Origin: Candidatus Micrarchaeota archaeon
Lineage (GTDB): Archaea > Micrarchaeota > Micrarchaeia > Micrarchaeales > Micrarchaeaceae
Length of the DNA: 64,000 nt
Assembly: GCA_021811435.1 (NCBI GenBank)
Contig: JAJZOR010000003.1
Location: 20,434 to 84,433, forward strand
Direction of reading: 5' to 3'
In this document: positions 46,427 through 55,131 of the stretch, piece by piece
Layout of the letters: each line of letters opens with the position of its first letter
Numbering within the stretch: position 1 is the stretch's first letter
Made by a program: the position numbers and the translations under genes
Notes under the pieces: generated by a model
The model's input: only the letters and a program-made list of their open reading frames with translations
Database searches by the model: none
Told to the model about the DNA's origin: nothing

Positions 46427-47161
46427 TTGGCTGGCCATACGTTTTTCTATCAGATGCTGGCAGTCATGCTTGTCGTTGTTCTATTCACTGCCATTTTAAT
46501 AGTGTCTTTAATGACAGGGAGATGGTCTACTACAACCACAACAATCACTCAAATACACAAATCTATACCTGCGATAAGCAACATTACCGTATTGTATGGA
46601 CAGTCAGTCTTGCCAATGCCTCAAGGCGCAGAAATTTACATATATGATTATGCTACAGGTGGCGCAGGTCCATCAACTGCGTGGAGATACGGGGATTATG
46701 AAACTGCTATAGATGGCAATGGTAATACCGCCTCTGCCATAGCCGTCACAGGTTCAAACCGTGATAGCTACGGCACACAAACCGCATATAATACGGCCGC
46801 TGGAATCGCAATTTCTGGTTTCTCGTCATATTCCTCCTATTACGCAGAGAATACGACGCCTGGCGCAGCATCAGAATCGGATACCTTTTCCGTAACGACT
46901 CCTGAAAGCTTGGTCTTAGTAATCGCTATGGGAAGCAGCCAACACTGCATCCGGATGAACGGTATGCCAGGATTCATCGTTGATAACACAACAAGTGGAA
47001 TTTATGATACAGAAGCTTTGATTATCGGGCATGCGTACCTAAATCCTGGTTCATATAATGCAACAATGAATACGCAGGCATGCTTAGGCGGGCAGGATTC
47101 GGATAATATGGTCGATACGGTTGCCGTGTTCGTGTTCGCCCCATCTAATTATACAGGATGA
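46427..47161 (+). CDS. membrane-anchored secreted protein, unknown family
   Basis: N-terminal hydrophobic anchor (LAVMLVVVLFTAILIVSL), a T-rich linker, and a G/S/T/Y/N-rich body with sequons. Confidence 0.55.
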   Translation: MAGHTFFYQMLAVMLVVVLFTAILIVSLMTGRWSTTTTTITQIHKSIPAISNITVLYGQSVLPMPQGAEIYIYDYATGGAGPSTAWRYGDYETAIDGNGNTASAIAVTGSNRDSYGTQTAYNTAAGIAISGFSSYSSYYAENTTPGAASESDTFSVTTPESLVLVIAMGSSQHCIRMNGMPGFIVDNTTSGIYDTEALIIGHAYLNPGSYNATMNTQACLGGQDSDNMVDTVAVFVFAPSNYTG

Positions 47162-47303
47162 ATTTTTGAAATAGATGTGGTACATTTACTTTTTAGGCAG
47201 CAAACCAGTTGGTTAAGTATTTATAATTTTGAGTCATCCTTATTCGGAATCCTATCTGGATAAAACTATTAATGCCTTTCCACTCAATTATACGCGGGAT
47301 TCC

Positions 47304-47828
47304 ATGAGTTTAGAGGAATCGATGAAGCGGAAGATACGCGACATACCTGACTATCCCAAGAAGGGCATAATATTCCGTGACATAACGCCGCTCCTCAAGG
47401 ACAGCGTGCTGTTTTCCGCATGCGTTGACGAGATAGCCAAGGAGATAAGCGGCCTGCGCCCCGATTATATAGTGGGCATCGAGGCGCGCGGCTTCATAAT
47501 AGGCTCTGTGATAGCTTACAAGCTGGGGGTCGGCTTCGTGCCCGCGAGGAAGAAGGGCAAGCTGCCCCACGAGAAGATATCGGTGAGCTACGAGCTTGAA
47601 TATGGCCAGGAGACCATAGAGCTGCACAAGGACGCGGTGGAGAAGGACTCGAAGGTGGTGATAGTCGATGACCTGCTGGCCACCGGGGGCACCACCCTCG
47701 CAGCCATAAAGCTCGTGAGGCAGATAGGCGCCGAAGTCGTGGGCCTTGCCTACCTGGTGGAGTTGACCAAGCTCAAAGGCAGGGAACATCTGCCCGTCGA
47801 AAACGTGATATCGCTTGCGAAGTACTAA
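47304..47828 (+). CDS. apt: adenine phosphoribosyltransferase
   Basis: IRDIPDYPKKGIIFRDITPLL and VVIVDDLLATGGT. I prefer ATG 47304 to the TTG at 47229 used by the track. Confidence 0.9.
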   Translation: MSLEESMKRKIRDIPDYPKKGIIFRDITPLLKDSVLFSACVDEIAKEISGLRPDYIVGIEARGFIIGSVIAYKLGVGFVPARKKGKLPHEKISVSYELEYGQETIELHKDAVEKDSKVVIVDDLLATGGTTLAAIKLVRQIGAEVVGLAYLVELTKLKGREHLPVENVISLAKY

Positions 47829-47845
47829 AAGATGATAGAATGATT

Positions 47846-47885
47846 CGCCCCGCAAACCCACCATTTCAATGGCGGGTTAGGGGCG
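47846..47885 (+). repeat. long imperfect hairpin immediately 5' of the tnpB relic (candidate IS200/IS605 left-end structure or apt terminator)
   Basis: CGCCCCGCAAACCCACC - ATTTCAAT - GGCGGGTTAGGGGCG gives about 14 pairs with an internal loop. The TATA-like AAAATATATAAGG follows. Confidence 0.5.
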
Positions 47886-47904
47886 TGCGAGAAAATATAT
47901 AAGG

Positions 47905-48621
47905 ATGGAAAACAAAGGAGAAAACATGGAAACTACGCGTGCCTACAAATTCAGGATATATCCTGATATAAATAGACAGACAGCCATAGAAGATTCAATT
48001 TCAACGTCTCAAAGGCTATACAACATGCTTCTTGAGAAGACCATAGAAGCGCATAAATCGAATCCGTCATCAAAAATATCGCAGAGGACCATAAATCAGT
48101 TCCTCAATGAAATAATAAAAGAGGACAAGACCTATCTGCAACTCTATGCCAACGTCAGAGTGGACATCCGCAACAGACTCTTGAAGACCTACCGAAACTT
48201 CTTCAGGAGATGCCAGCAAAAGAAATATAGGCTTGCCCAGTCAATCCAGAACGCTTCATTGAACAGGTCCATCAATATGCTCTCATACAAGGCTGAAAGC
48301 GCCGGTATTGAGGTGATAAAGGTGGACGCAGGGGACACGACGCTGGAATGCAGCAACTGCCATTACATAAAGAATTGGGGGGAGAGGCTGAACCTGGAAG
48401 ACAGGATTTACCACTGCAACAGATGCGGCATGCAGTTGGACATGGACATAAACGCATCCATAAACATACTCAACAGGGCTACCCTCGAACGGAGGGGAAG
48501 TCACGCTCATGGAGAGGACGCAAGACCTCAAAGGAAGGCAGTCCTCGTTGAACTGAGAACATACCCTGCAAACACAGGGGAAGCCAACGAACTTTATCCG
48601 TTGGAGGATGTCATACGATGA
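47905..48621 (+). CDS. tnpB: TnpB-like protein with an in-frame internal deletion (lacks the RuvC-I/RuvC-II region)
   Basis: The N-terminus TRAYKFRIYPD...TYRNFFRR joins directly to LAQSIQNASLNRSINMLSYKAESAGIEVIKVD, then CSNC...CNRCG zinc ribbon and DMDINASINILN (RuvC-III). It is 238 aa, against about 350-450 aa for typical TnpB. Confidence 0.75.
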   Translation: MENKGENMETTRAYKFRIYPDINRQTAIEDSISTSQRLYNMLLEKTIEAHKSNPSSKISQRTINQFLNEIIKEDKTYLQLYANVRVDIRNRLLKTYRNFFRRCQQKKYRLAQSIQNASLNRSINMLSYKAESAGIEVIKVDAGDTTLECSNCHYIKNWGERLNLEDRIYHCNRCGMQLDMDINASINILNRATLERRGSHAHGEDARPQRKAVLVELRTYPANTGEANELYPLEDVIR

Positions 48622-49799
48622 GCGCACTGATGAGCGAGATAGAGTCCAACGGCTGGCGGCGGCCCGATTTTGGGAACAGCAACTTGGCCATTTCCAAGCA
48701 GCTCGCAGGCTCTGACAAGGGCAGCCTTATAGGCTGCGGCGCTAAAAAGCTTTTCATAATAATAGACGGGATGGGCTATAAACTAGCCAGACGCGTTGTG
48801 GGCGAAGGGGGCAGCGCCTCTGAGCATGCGCGGTGGCTCAATATGCGGCAGATAACCTCGATATTCCCGTCTACAACAGGCAACGTGCTTTCAAGCTTCT
48901 ACAGCGGCATGACGACCGCAAGGCACGGCATAGTGGGCACCAAAGTGCCGTTCAAGGAGGCGGGGATGCTCATCAACGTACTTGGTTTCTCCGCCGCACT
49001 GGGCAGGGACCTGAAGCTGTGGCGCATAGACCCTAAAACGTTTTACCCGAAGCCTGAGATGATCGACAGCCTGAAGGCCAGGGGCGGCTTCAAATCGCTC
49101 CTCAAAGAGGACATAATAGGCACCGGGCTGTCCACCGCGGTATTCGAGTACGGCGACGTGGTGCCGTTCGTTACGTTCGAAGACATGCTAATAAGGGTGA
49201 AGGGGCTGATCAAGGGTGGTACAAGGTACATATTCGCGTATTATGATGTACTCGACCATGTGCAGCATGCATATGGACCGGATACCGAAGAGGCTGAGTC
49301 GCTTCTGCATGGGATATTCTCTGCAATGGACAGGATCCTGAGACCGGTGGCCGAAAACAGCGGATACGACCTCATAATAACGTCAGATCACGGCCAGACC
49401 AGCGTACCAGAGAAGAACGCCATCGAGATAGAGAGCGACAGCGGGATGCTGGAATTCCTCCAGGTGCCGCCATGGGGCGAAGGCAGGTCGCTGTTCCTGC
49501 ACGTGTCAGATGGCAAGGAAAGGGCATTTGAGGACTACTTCCACAGGCACCTTGCGAAGCACGCCATGCTGGTCGACTCGGATGAGGCCATACGATGCGG
49601 GCTTTTTGGCGACAGTGAGGTCGGCGATCTGGTACGGTATAGGTTCGGGACCCACATCATAATGCCGTACGACAATTTCGCCATGCCTTACAAGTACCCA
49701 AACACATCAAGACATATTAGGGAGAAGCCGCCCATGCTTGGCATGCACGGCGGGCTTACGGAGGACGAGATGCTGATCCCTCTTTTCACCAACTTCTAG
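48618..49799 (+). CDS. alkaline-phosphatase-superfamily protein (type I phosphodiesterase/nucleotide pyrophosphatase-like)
   Basis: IIIDGMGY, FPSTTG...SGM....HG, D.V.H..G, ITSDHGQ. Confidence 0.7.
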   Translation: MSALMSEIESNGWRRPDFGNSNLAISKQLAGSDKGSLIGCGAKKLFIIIDGMGYKLARRVVGEGGSASEHARWLNMRQITSIFPSTTGNVLSSFYSGMTTARHGIVGTKVPFKEAGMLINVLGFSAALGRDLKLWRIDPKTFYPKPEMIDSLKARGGFKSLLKEDIIGTGLSTAVFEYGDVVPFVTFEDMLIRVKGLIKGGTRYIFAYYDVLDHVQHAYGPDTEEAESLLHGIFSAMDRILRPVAENSGYDLIITSDHGQTSVPEKNAIEIESDSGMLEFLQVPPWGEGRSLFLHVSDGKERAFEDYFHRHLAKHAMLVDSDEAIRCGLFGDSEVGDLVRYRFGTHIIMPYDNFAMPYKYPNTSRHIREKPPMLGMHGGLTEDEMLIPLFTNF

Positions 49800-49960
49800 G
49801 ACGCGGGATGGACGTATTGAACCCATTTTGCCGGGAAGCAAACCCCATGTAATCCATATAAATATTTTTGTATTGCAATTAGCATACAGGCGATAGAAGG
49901 CGTTGGTTCAAGCGACCCAACAATCCTTAGCATGCATAGTGCTTGCCTAAGGTAAATCGA

Positions 49961-50695
49961 ATGGCGACCACGGTAAACGAAGTTGTGCACACAGGGCATT
50001 CCCTGGACCTTGAGGAGCTTGTCAAAAAGGCCACTTGGCGCGAGTTCCTGATGGGGCTAGTCGAAAGCAGCCAGCTAGACCCATGGGACATAGACATATC
50101 TAAGATAGTTGACGGCTACATGACAGCCATAAAGGCCATGCAGATAATGGACCTCTCAATACCGGCCAACATAATCCTGGCTGCATCGATACTCCTCAAG
50201 ATGAAGAGCGACATGGTAGGCCTTGCAAGCATAGAAGAGCCAGCGCAGGTTACGGACGAAGCGCAGGCTGAGCGGATAATACCTTCGGTCCAACCGCTCA
50301 GTCTGAGGAGCAGGGTGCAGCCCAGCAGGAAGGTGACCCTGGACGAGTTGCTGGACGCGCTAGACGAAGCTATGAAGGTGCAGCAGCACAGGGAATACAG
50401 GATGGAACTGGAGAATACGCCTGTGCCTATGCTCATAAAAGTGGACGACATAGACCAGAAGCTAGACAGGACGCTATCGATGGTGAGGGACAACGCAGAC
50501 GCTACCGGCATGGTGACATTCGCTGCGCTAGCCAACAAGTTCAACTATGCAGAAAGCATGCTGCTCGACCTTTTCGTGCCGCTGCTCTTCCTGGCACACA
50601 AAGGCAACGTACTGCTCTTCCAAGAAGAGTTCTTCAACGAGATATTTATCAAGCTAGGCAGTGGTGATGCGGATGCAGGAAGCCGGACAGCTTGA
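49961..50695 (+). CDS. scpA: segregation and condensation protein A (kleisin)
   Basis: LV.....DPWDIDI..I...Y pattern, followed by scpB. I prefer ATG 49961. Confidence 0.75.
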   Translation: MATTVNEVVHTGHSLDLEELVKKATWREFLMGLVESSQLDPWDIDISKIVDGYMTAIKAMQIMDLSIPANIILAASILLKMKSDMVGLASIEEPAQVTDEAQAERIIPSVQPLSLRSRVQPSRKVTLDELLDALDEAMKVQQHREYRMELENTPVPMLIKVDDIDQKLDRTLSMVRDNADATGMVTFAALANKFNYAESMLLDLFVPLLFLAHKGNVLLFQEEFFNEIFIKLGSGDADAGSRTA

Positions 50696-51152
50696 CTACA
50701 AGAAGATAGCCGAGGCCGCGCTGTTCGCCTCCGGCAGGGCCATGAGCGTGGAGGAGCTCGCTGCTGCGATAGGCGTAGGCTCCGTAGGATCCCTGGAAGG
50801 CATAATGGAAGCGCTGATAAACGACTACAAAGCCAGGGACAGCGCGCTGGAGGTGCAGAAGCTCGGGAGCAAGTACGTGATGGGGATACGGGAACCGTAC
50901 GCCACAAAGGTGAACGGGCTTGCCGGATCGCCGGACATATCAAAGGGTGCGCTCAGGATACTGTCTTACATAAGCAAGAACGAGCCGGTGATGCAGAACG
51001 CGGTAGTCAAGGCGTTCGGAACCACGACGTACGACTACATGAAAGAGCTGGCTGAGAAGGAGTTCGTGAGCGCAAAGAAGATCGGACGCACTAAAAGGAT
51101 AGAGACGACGGAGAAGTTCAGGGAATACTTCAACGTGCAGGGCACTCAGTAG
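50661..51152 (+). CDS. scpB: segregation and condensation protein B
   Basis: IAEAALFASGRAMSVEELA, ...AL..L.YI....PV....V...G pattern. Overlaps scpA. Confidence 0.75.
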   Translation: MVMRMQEAGQLDYKKIAEAALFASGRAMSVEELAAAIGVGSVGSLEGIMEALINDYKARDSALEVQKLGSKYVMGIREPYATKVNGLAGSPDISKGALRILSYISKNEPVMQNAVVKAFGTTTYDYMKELAEKEFVSAKKIGRTKRIETTEKFREYFNVQGTQ

Positions 51153-51691
51153 GTAGGGTTGTATTCCTCTACGCCCTCGTGCATGTTTATGTAGAGCGCA
51201 GATACGAAGAGCAGCGACGAGACCCTGTTCATGAAGCCAAGCATCTCTGCACTGGCGCACCTGCGCCCTTTTAGCGCGACAACTGCGCGTTCCGCGCGGC
51301 GGGCAATGGCCCTTGCCATATGGAGATGCGCTGCCCCCTCGCAGCCGCCGGGCAGCACGAATTTGGTAAGCTTGGGCAGGGTGGCGCTTAACTCGCCTAT
51401 GCCGTCTTCCAGTTCCTTGATGTCGGCCGCCCTTATAACATTATTGCGGGACGGCTTTGGGCTTCCGCAGGACGCCAGTTCGGCTCCGGCTATGAAGAGC
51501 TTGTTCTGCAGGACCTTCAGCATCTCCGAAAGGTGGTCATCTGTCAGCTCTGCGATGGCCACGCCTACCGCAGAATTGAGCTCGTCTATCGAGCCGATTG
51601 CCTCCATGAGCACGTCATCTTTCTTAACGTTCTTGCTGCTTATCGTGCCAGTGTATCCAGAGTCGCCGGATCCGGTGTAGAATCTTGGCAT
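51146..51691 (-). CDS. ATP:cob(I)alamin adenosyltransferase, PduO type
   Basis: FYTGSGDSGYTG....V.KDD...EAIGSIDELNSAVG. Confidence 0.85.
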   Translation of the reverse strand: MPRFYTGSGDSGYTGTISSKNVKKDDVLMEAIGSIDELNSAVGVAIAELTDDHLSEMLKVLQNKLFIAGAELASCGSPKPSRNNVIRAADIKELEDGIGELSATLPKLTKFVLPGGCEGAAHLHMARAIARRAERAVVALKGRRCASAEMLGFMNRVSSLLFVSALYINMHEGVEEYNPTY

Positions 51692-51760
51692 GCAACCACT
51701 TATATGGATTGGTGGTTAAAGCATTATTAAAGTTACCGTACCAAATTTTAAAGCGAGGCA

Positions 51761-51832
51761 GGGGCTCGTAGTCGAGTGGTAAGACGTTACCTTCACAAGG
51801 TAAAGACCGGGAGTTCGATTCTCCCCGGGCCC
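51761..51832 (+). tRNA. tRNA-Val (anticodon CAC)
   Basis: Hand-folded. Acceptor GGGCTCG/CGGGCCC (one G-U pair), anticodon arm TTACC-TTCACAA-GGTAA, T-arm GGGAG-TTCGATT-CTCCC. Confidence 0.85.
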
Positions 51833-51866
51833 ATCAAAAAGCCAGTGGGATCCTTTAGGTGTTAAC

Positions 51867-51971
51867 ATGAACCTCGATAAAAAGAAGTGCGTTCCATGCG
51901 AAGGCGGGACTAAGCCAATGGGAAAATCCGAAGCGTCGAGATACATGAAGGGAGTAGGTTCTTATCGATAA
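51867..51971 (+). pseudogene. N-terminal fragment of pterin-4a-carbinolamine dehydratase (PCD/DCoH)
   Basis: Hand translation gives MNLDKKKCVPCEGGTKPMGKSEASRYMKGV then GSYR and a stop. The family usually runs about 90-110 aa. Confidence 0.55.
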
Positions 51972-52149
51972 AACAAGGAGTATGCCGAATACAATTATGA
52001 CTATCCCCCATGGTGCTTAAGACGGCCATGTATGCATGCGAGGTGTGCGCCAGTATCGTCTGGAACAGGACGCCGAGTATTGAAAATACGAATGTAAATC
52101 CAATTACGAAGAATACGGAATTCAGGAATACCATATCTTGCCTTCGCAT
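51910..52149 (-). pseudogene. fragment of a CcdA/DsbD-type membrane protein
   Basis: RRQDMVFLNSVFFVIGFTFVFSILGVL resembles the CcdA TM2 segment (R..LL.SL.FVLGFS.VF..LG). There is no Cys-bearing TM1, and the tail overlaps the PCD fragment. Confidence 0.45.
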
Positions 52150-52167
52150 TTCAACGCCATTGCCGCA

Positions 52168-52488
52168 TTAGCTCTTTTTCCCGATAATCCTTTTCAGCTT
52201 GTATTCGGCGTTTTCGGCCTTGTCCAGCCTGTGATCTATCCTCAATATTATGTACACGCGTTTTGCGCCCATTTTTGCAATGGCGTCGTGAGCTTTGCGC
52301 GCAGCGGTCAGCACACCTTCCAAATCATCCGCCTCTATTAATGTTGACATCGCATTAGGCATCAATTTGAGACACTTAATCGTCTTCATAGATTTGAACG
52401 CTTCGCGAACATAATCGCCAACGCTCGGCCCCACGCCTACGGGGAATATCGTTATGTCAGCTATTACCTTCGGCTTCCTCCCGGCCAT
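52168..52488 (-). CDS. MTH1187/YkoF-family (DUF77) protein
   Basis: I....P.G.G.SV..YV...... M.T.IE pattern; 106 aa. Confidence 0.7.
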   Translation of the reverse strand: MAGRKPKVIADITIFPVGVGPSVGDYVREAFKSMKTIKCLKLMPNAMSTLIEADDLEGVLTAARKAHDAIAKMGAKRVYIILRIDHRLDKAENAEYKLKRIIGKKS

Positions 52489-52672
52489 GGTAGTAGATTG
52501 GCAACAGCAATATTAAAATATACCCAGATGGTGCGTGACATGGCTTCTGTACCATAAATCTGCATTCTACGGCTTCGTTATATCTTTCTGACATTATGTA
52601 TATGGACGTAACGCCAAGGTTCGGTGCAATCTTAAATAGTGCTTACATACATAATTTAGCGCCGAATGGCGT

Positions 52673-52915
52673 TTGGATGCGTTTATGGTCTACAATTGCA
52701 AGATATGCGGCCAAGAACTTGATGTCGAGACATACCGTTATATAGCATGGGGAGGGATGGCGCAGGGCCCGCTTTCAGACAAGGGCAATTATACTGAAGA
52801 GACGTTTTGCATCAACTGCTTCACCACGCTTAAAGCCAACCTACTGGTAATGATAAGCAGGGCGATTTCAGAGCATAATAGGCTTCAGGCAGACCCTAAA
52901 CATAATGCACTATGA
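52673..52915 (+). CDS. small Cys-rich (zinc-ribbon-like) protein
   Basis: CKICGQ ... CINCF. Its stop overlaps the next start (ATGA). The likely start is ATG 52685. Confidence 0.5.
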   Translation: MDAFMVYNCKICGQELDVETYRYIAWGGMAQGPLSDKGNYTEETFCINCFTTLKANLLVMISRAISEHNRLQADPKHNAL

Positions 52916-53631
52916 TAAACCGCGTGCGTATCATGCCATATACGAAACCTAAGATAACCGTAATGGAAACGAGCAAAGAAAAAATCCTGACATTTGACGG
53001 TGCTATTTTTTCTATAATAAACAAGGGATCCGTCTATACCGGCCTTTACTGGGACTATTTCACACCTTTGCCGCTGCTGTACAAAAGGTCGCGTGTTCTC
53101 ATGATAGGCTTAGGGGGCGGCACGATACCGTACCAGCTAAAAAAACTTTATGATGGCAGGGTAGACATAGACATAGTCGAGATAAGCAGGGTGATGGTAA
53201 GGAAGGCAAAAACCTTCAACCCGAATTTAGAAAAAATCGCAAATGTGATAGTCGGTGACGGGGACAAGTACCTGGATGGCTGCATCTCCAAATATGACAT
53301 ATTGATATTGGACGCTTATGGCACTGGATTCCGCATACCAGAAAAATTCTTATCAGAATCATTCATCACGAAGGCCAATAAGGCATTGAAGCCCAATGGC
53401 GTTTTCGGCATCAATTACATATTCACTTTCAGGCAGTTGCTCAAGTTCCATAGCTATATGAAGCTCTTGGAAAGGAATTTCAGCGTGTATAAGATAAGCG
53501 AAGGCATGTATTTTTTGAGCAATCTCCTTATATTCTGCCTTAAGGGCACGGATGTACAAAGCATGCGCAAGACGATACGCTCCGGGTTGAAGCCCGATCC
53601 CGCTGCCAGGCATATAATGGATAGGTTTTGA
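52912..53631 (+). CDS. spermidine-synthase-like class I methyltransferase-fold protein
   Basis: VLMIGLGGGT, VEIS, VGDGDKYL, and ILILDAY. Confidence 0.65.
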   Translation: MINRVRIMPYTKPKITVMETSKEKILTFDGAIFSIINKGSVYTGLYWDYFTPLPLLYKRSRVLMIGLGGGTIPYQLKKLYDGRVDIDIVEISRVMVRKAKTFNPNLEKIANVIVGDGDKYLDGCISKYDILILDAYGTGFRIPEKFLSESFITKANKALKPNGVFGINYIFTFRQLLKFHSYMKLLERNFSVYKISEGMYFLSNLLIFCLKGTDVQSMRKTIRSGLKPDPAARHIMDRF

Positions 53632-53826
53632 TGCGTATCTAATGGCTTAAATCGGCCTCCTGCTTCAGGAAGGCAAGGGAGTCTAGCCACGGACCCTGGT
53701 TTTTAGACTCTGCTGCTCTGCGCCGGAACGCTGTGGAAATGCATCCCTGAACCCGCGTTCCAGCGCGTTCCTAAGCCGTGTCCGAATTTCGGATTCGAAC
53801 CTGAAATCTTAGATAGCAAAAAGAAA

Positions 53827-53897
53827 TGGGCCCGCGGAGAGTCGAACTCCGATCTCAAGCGTGTAAGGCTAGCATCATACCGTTGGACCACGAGCCC
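53827..53897 (-). tRNA. tRNA-Val (anticodon TAC)
   Basis: Hand-folded on the minus strand. Acceptor GGGCTCG/CGGGCCC, anticodon loop CTTACAC (the stem has one U-U mismatch), T-arm CGGAG-TTCGACT-CTCCG, followed by a T-rich tract. Confidence 0.8.
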
Positions 53898-53898
53898 G

Positions 53899-55131
53899 CT
53901 ACTTTGAATGGTTCTTGCAGAACCTGTTAATCCTTCTTACTGCTTCCCCTAATATCTCTTTCGGTGGCAGGCTCACTATCCTTATATGGGACGGTTCCCC
54001 AAAGCCAGAGCCCCTGGTAAGCTGTACATGCTCCTCCTGCAGCAGACTGCGGACAAATTCCCTATCGTCTTTTATCGCTAGCCTCGACAGATCTATTTTC
54101 GGGAATATGTAAAAGGCGCCATTCGGCTTGACATAGCTTAGGCAGGGGTTTTCATCAAGCATGCTAGATGCGTAGTTTATCCTTTCCTGTATGGCGCTCA
54201 CCATATTCTTAATTTCGATGTCATGCTGCTTTACGTTGTTCAACGCTTCAACGCACGCGTATTCCGCAGGGGTATTTACAGAGAGCCTTATGCGGGCGTA
54301 GTCGGAGAATTTCTGCTTCAGCGCCTTGGATACGTAGTCCTCCTCTGGTACTATTATGAAGCCCACCCTGAAGCCGGTGGCATCGAAGTTCTTTGATACG
54401 CCATTCATCACGATATACGGCATACCCTTCGCAATCTGGCACAGGCTGGTAAATTTGGCACCATTGAATACGATTTCGTCGTATATCTCGTCGCTTATTA
54501 GCAAGAGGTCGTGCTCATTTGCTATATCTACCAGCTCCTTCAGGACGCTTGCGCTCAGGATGGTGCCAGTTGGGTTGTTAGGATTCGTAATCATCATATA
54601 CTTTATTTTCTTTCCCGCGGCCTCTTTCAGCGCGCGTTTTACGTCATCTACGTCAGTCCCCCAATTCTTATCCTCGTAATATCTTCCAAAAATTGCGTCG
54701 CCTCCGGCCAGCCGTATGTTAGTCATATAGGCCGGGTAATAGGGCCTGAAAATGAATGCGTAGTCGGAATCGTTTATCAAAGCGCTGTTTATTATGCCGA
54801 GCGCTTCGGAAAGTCCCTGCGTCGTAATCACGCTCTTGGCATCGAAATCCGCATTGTAGATCCTCTTGTACCTTTTTGAAACGGCCTCCAGAAGCTCTGG
54901 CACGCCCTCCGCCCTTGAGTAGGATGTCTTCTTTTGTTTAAGCGCGTTTATGTAGGCGTCGGTTATGTAATCTGGGGTTGGCATGTACGCGGCGGGGTCG
55001 CCGGTATTTAGCTTTATCACATCAATGCCGCGCTTTTTCATCTCTTCGGCTGCGGTGTCCTCCTCCCTTATCGGATTGATTGCGAACGCACTGCGTTTTG
55101 AGAATAAATCTTCCATTTCACTTGACCTCAA
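53899..55131 (-). CDS. class I/II pyridoxal-phosphate aminotransferase (alanine/aspartate type)
   Basis: NPNNPTG, SDEIY, SKNF..TGFR.G. Confidence 0.85.
   Translation of the reverse strand: MRSSEMEDLFSKRSAFAINPIREEDTAAEEMKKRGIDVIKLNTGDPAAYMPTPDYITDAYINALKQKKTSYSRAEGVPELLEAVSKRYKRIYNADFDAKSVITTQGLSEALGIINSALINDSDYAFIFRPYYPAYMTNIRLAGGDAIFGRYYEDKNWGTDVDDVKRALKEAAGKKIKYMMITNPNNPTGTILSASVLKELVDIANEHDLLLISDEIYDEIVFNGAKFTSLCQIAKGMPYIVMNGVSKNFDATGFRVGFIIVPEEDYVSKALKQKFSDYARIRLSVNTPAEYACVEALNNVKQHDIEIKNMVSAIQERINYASSMLDENPCLSYVKPNGAFYIFPKIDLSRLAIKDDREFVRSLLQEEHVQLTRGSGFGEPSHIRIVSLPPKEILGEAVRRINRFCKNHSK

Noticed and set aside
48618-49799. Possible PglZ/BREX-type defence component next to the TnpB relic
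   Set aside because: The motifs fit the general alkaline-phosphatase/phosphodiesterase superfamily. No other BREX-like genes (methyltransferase, large ATPase, Lon-like) are nearby.
51716-51946. 76-aa ORF over tRNA-Val(CAC), and a 62-aa ORF (53703-53891) over tRNA-Val(TAC)
   Set aside because: They overlap well-folding tRNA genes, so the reading frames are spurious.
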